Positions 62,951 to 64,000 of a stretch of 64,000 nt of DNA are shown piece after piece (position 1 is the first letter of the stretch; every line of letters begins with the position of its first letter). The position numbers and the translations under genes were made by a program. The DNA lies in NCBI GenBank assembly GCA_951406725.2, contig OX597827.1, positions 5,456,001-5,520,000 on the forward strand. The letters run 5' to 3'. The notes under the pieces are model-generated. The model was not told the origin of the DNA. It worked only from the letters and a program-made list of their open reading frames with translations, and made no database searches. The DNA comes from Octopus vulgaris (taxonomy: Eukaryota).

Positions 62951-63143
62951 CCAAACAAGAAAGCACAAAAGAAAACACAACAACGCGAGGACGTGGAACA
63001 AATATAGTATTATTGGACGCTCAGGAAAGAAGGAGGGCTTAACGTTTCGAGCGAAGCTCTTCGTCGGAAACATAGGAGAAGGAAAGATCCAGAGAAGGGA
63101 AGACAGGGGGAAAAAAATTGCCAACGGTACACACGAGGTCACA
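62947..63143 (-). mobile_element. Family F copy 3 with minimal hammerhead (63037-63071)
   Basis: GUUU-CCGACGA-A-GAGC UUC GCUC-GAAA-CG-UU-AAGC; (TA)n on both sides. Confidence 0.8.
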
Positions 63144-63258
63144 ATATATATATATTGATAGAATGGTAAGACAACAGAAAAATGAAAGTGACCTCGATAT
63201 TATGTAAATAGAGGTATTTATCTGTAAATATAATATGTGACAATTATTCGGTAACCAT

Positions 63259-63319
63259 GATAAAACTCTGAGTTTCAGATGTTGGGACGGAAACCCACGC
63301 CGCCATCTTTTCAATTATC
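63259..63319 (-). ncRNA. Type I hammerhead-like motif with UUGAAAA core
   Basis: GAUAA-UUGAAAA-GAUG...CAUC-U-GAAA-CUC A GAG-UU-UUAUC. Confidence 0.55.
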
Positions 63320-63749
63320 TGACCATCGAAAAAATGCTATGAAAATGACTGTTAAACAAAGGGATATTACTTTGTGATTGACTGTTATTAAGATGAAAGA
63401 GCAATTAGAATGACTGCTAAGTGAAGAGAGGGAGTAATGGTAAGAGAGTAAAAAAGATCATAGTATTCACGTAAGCACACATGCCCATACATACACATGC
63501 ATGCTCACACACACATGTAATGCACCTATAAGTATATACTCATCCACCCTCACTTGAAACATACACATGTTCACCCACACATTCACCAAAAATGGTTCAT
63601 GCACATGCACAAGAAAAAACAGGGCTAAAAGCAAAATACAGAAAAATATGTAAATATATGTAAAGAGTAAGCAATAAGAGTATAACACGTCTATGTATGC
63701 ACATTCATGTATGCACGTACACGCACACATTTAAATACACACATACCTG

Positions 63750-63797
<48 letters not shown>

Positions 63798-63799
63798 GT

Positions 63800-64000
63800 T
63801 CGTTCGTTTAACGTCCGCTTTCCATGCTAACAAGGGTTGGACAGTTCAACTGAGGTCTGTGAAGCCAGAAGGCTGCATCAGGCCCAGTCTGATCTGGCAG
63901 TGTTTCTACGGCTGGATGCCCTTCCTAACACCAACCACTCCATGAGTGTAGTGGGTACTTTTTATGTCCACCGGCACAGGTGCCAGACAATGCTGGCAAA
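63800..64000 (-). mobile_element. RTE 3' UTR (family E), runs off the window
   Basis: TTTAACGTCCGCTTTCCATGC...GGATGCCCTTCCTAAC. Confidence 0.85.

Overview
Animal genomic DNA, visibly AT-rich and packed with microsatellites. The repeat families (tRNA-derived SINEs resembling the octopus OK/OR families, RTE tails ending in (GAT)n) point to an octopus or other coleoid cephalopod; the taxon is an inference. The window is essentially non-coding (intronic or intergenic). No intact protein-coding gene, rRNA, true tRNA or CRISPR array is supported, and most listed ORFs are translated microsatellites or SINE bodies. Contents: four SINE families, many RTE-LINE 3' ends, decayed coding fossils (Tigger/pogo transposase, Penelope GIY-YIG, Rex3-type RTE, CRE, CR1-like), three non-autonomous Helitrons, four TTAA/piggyBac-type MITEs, tandem repeats and two weak candidate exons. 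The main discovery is about a dozen type I hammerhead-ribozyme motifs from several unrelated Penelope-like (PLE) terminal-repeat families, concentrated at 17.4-22.7 kb. They include one with a compensatory G3:C8 core swap, a possible U3:A8 variant, a recurrent U4C variant, versions with a very long stem II, and a PLE 3' region carrying a tRNA-Ile-like Pol III head just upstream of its hammerhead. All structures were folded by eye. None was tested or searched, and boundaries of old repeats are approximate.
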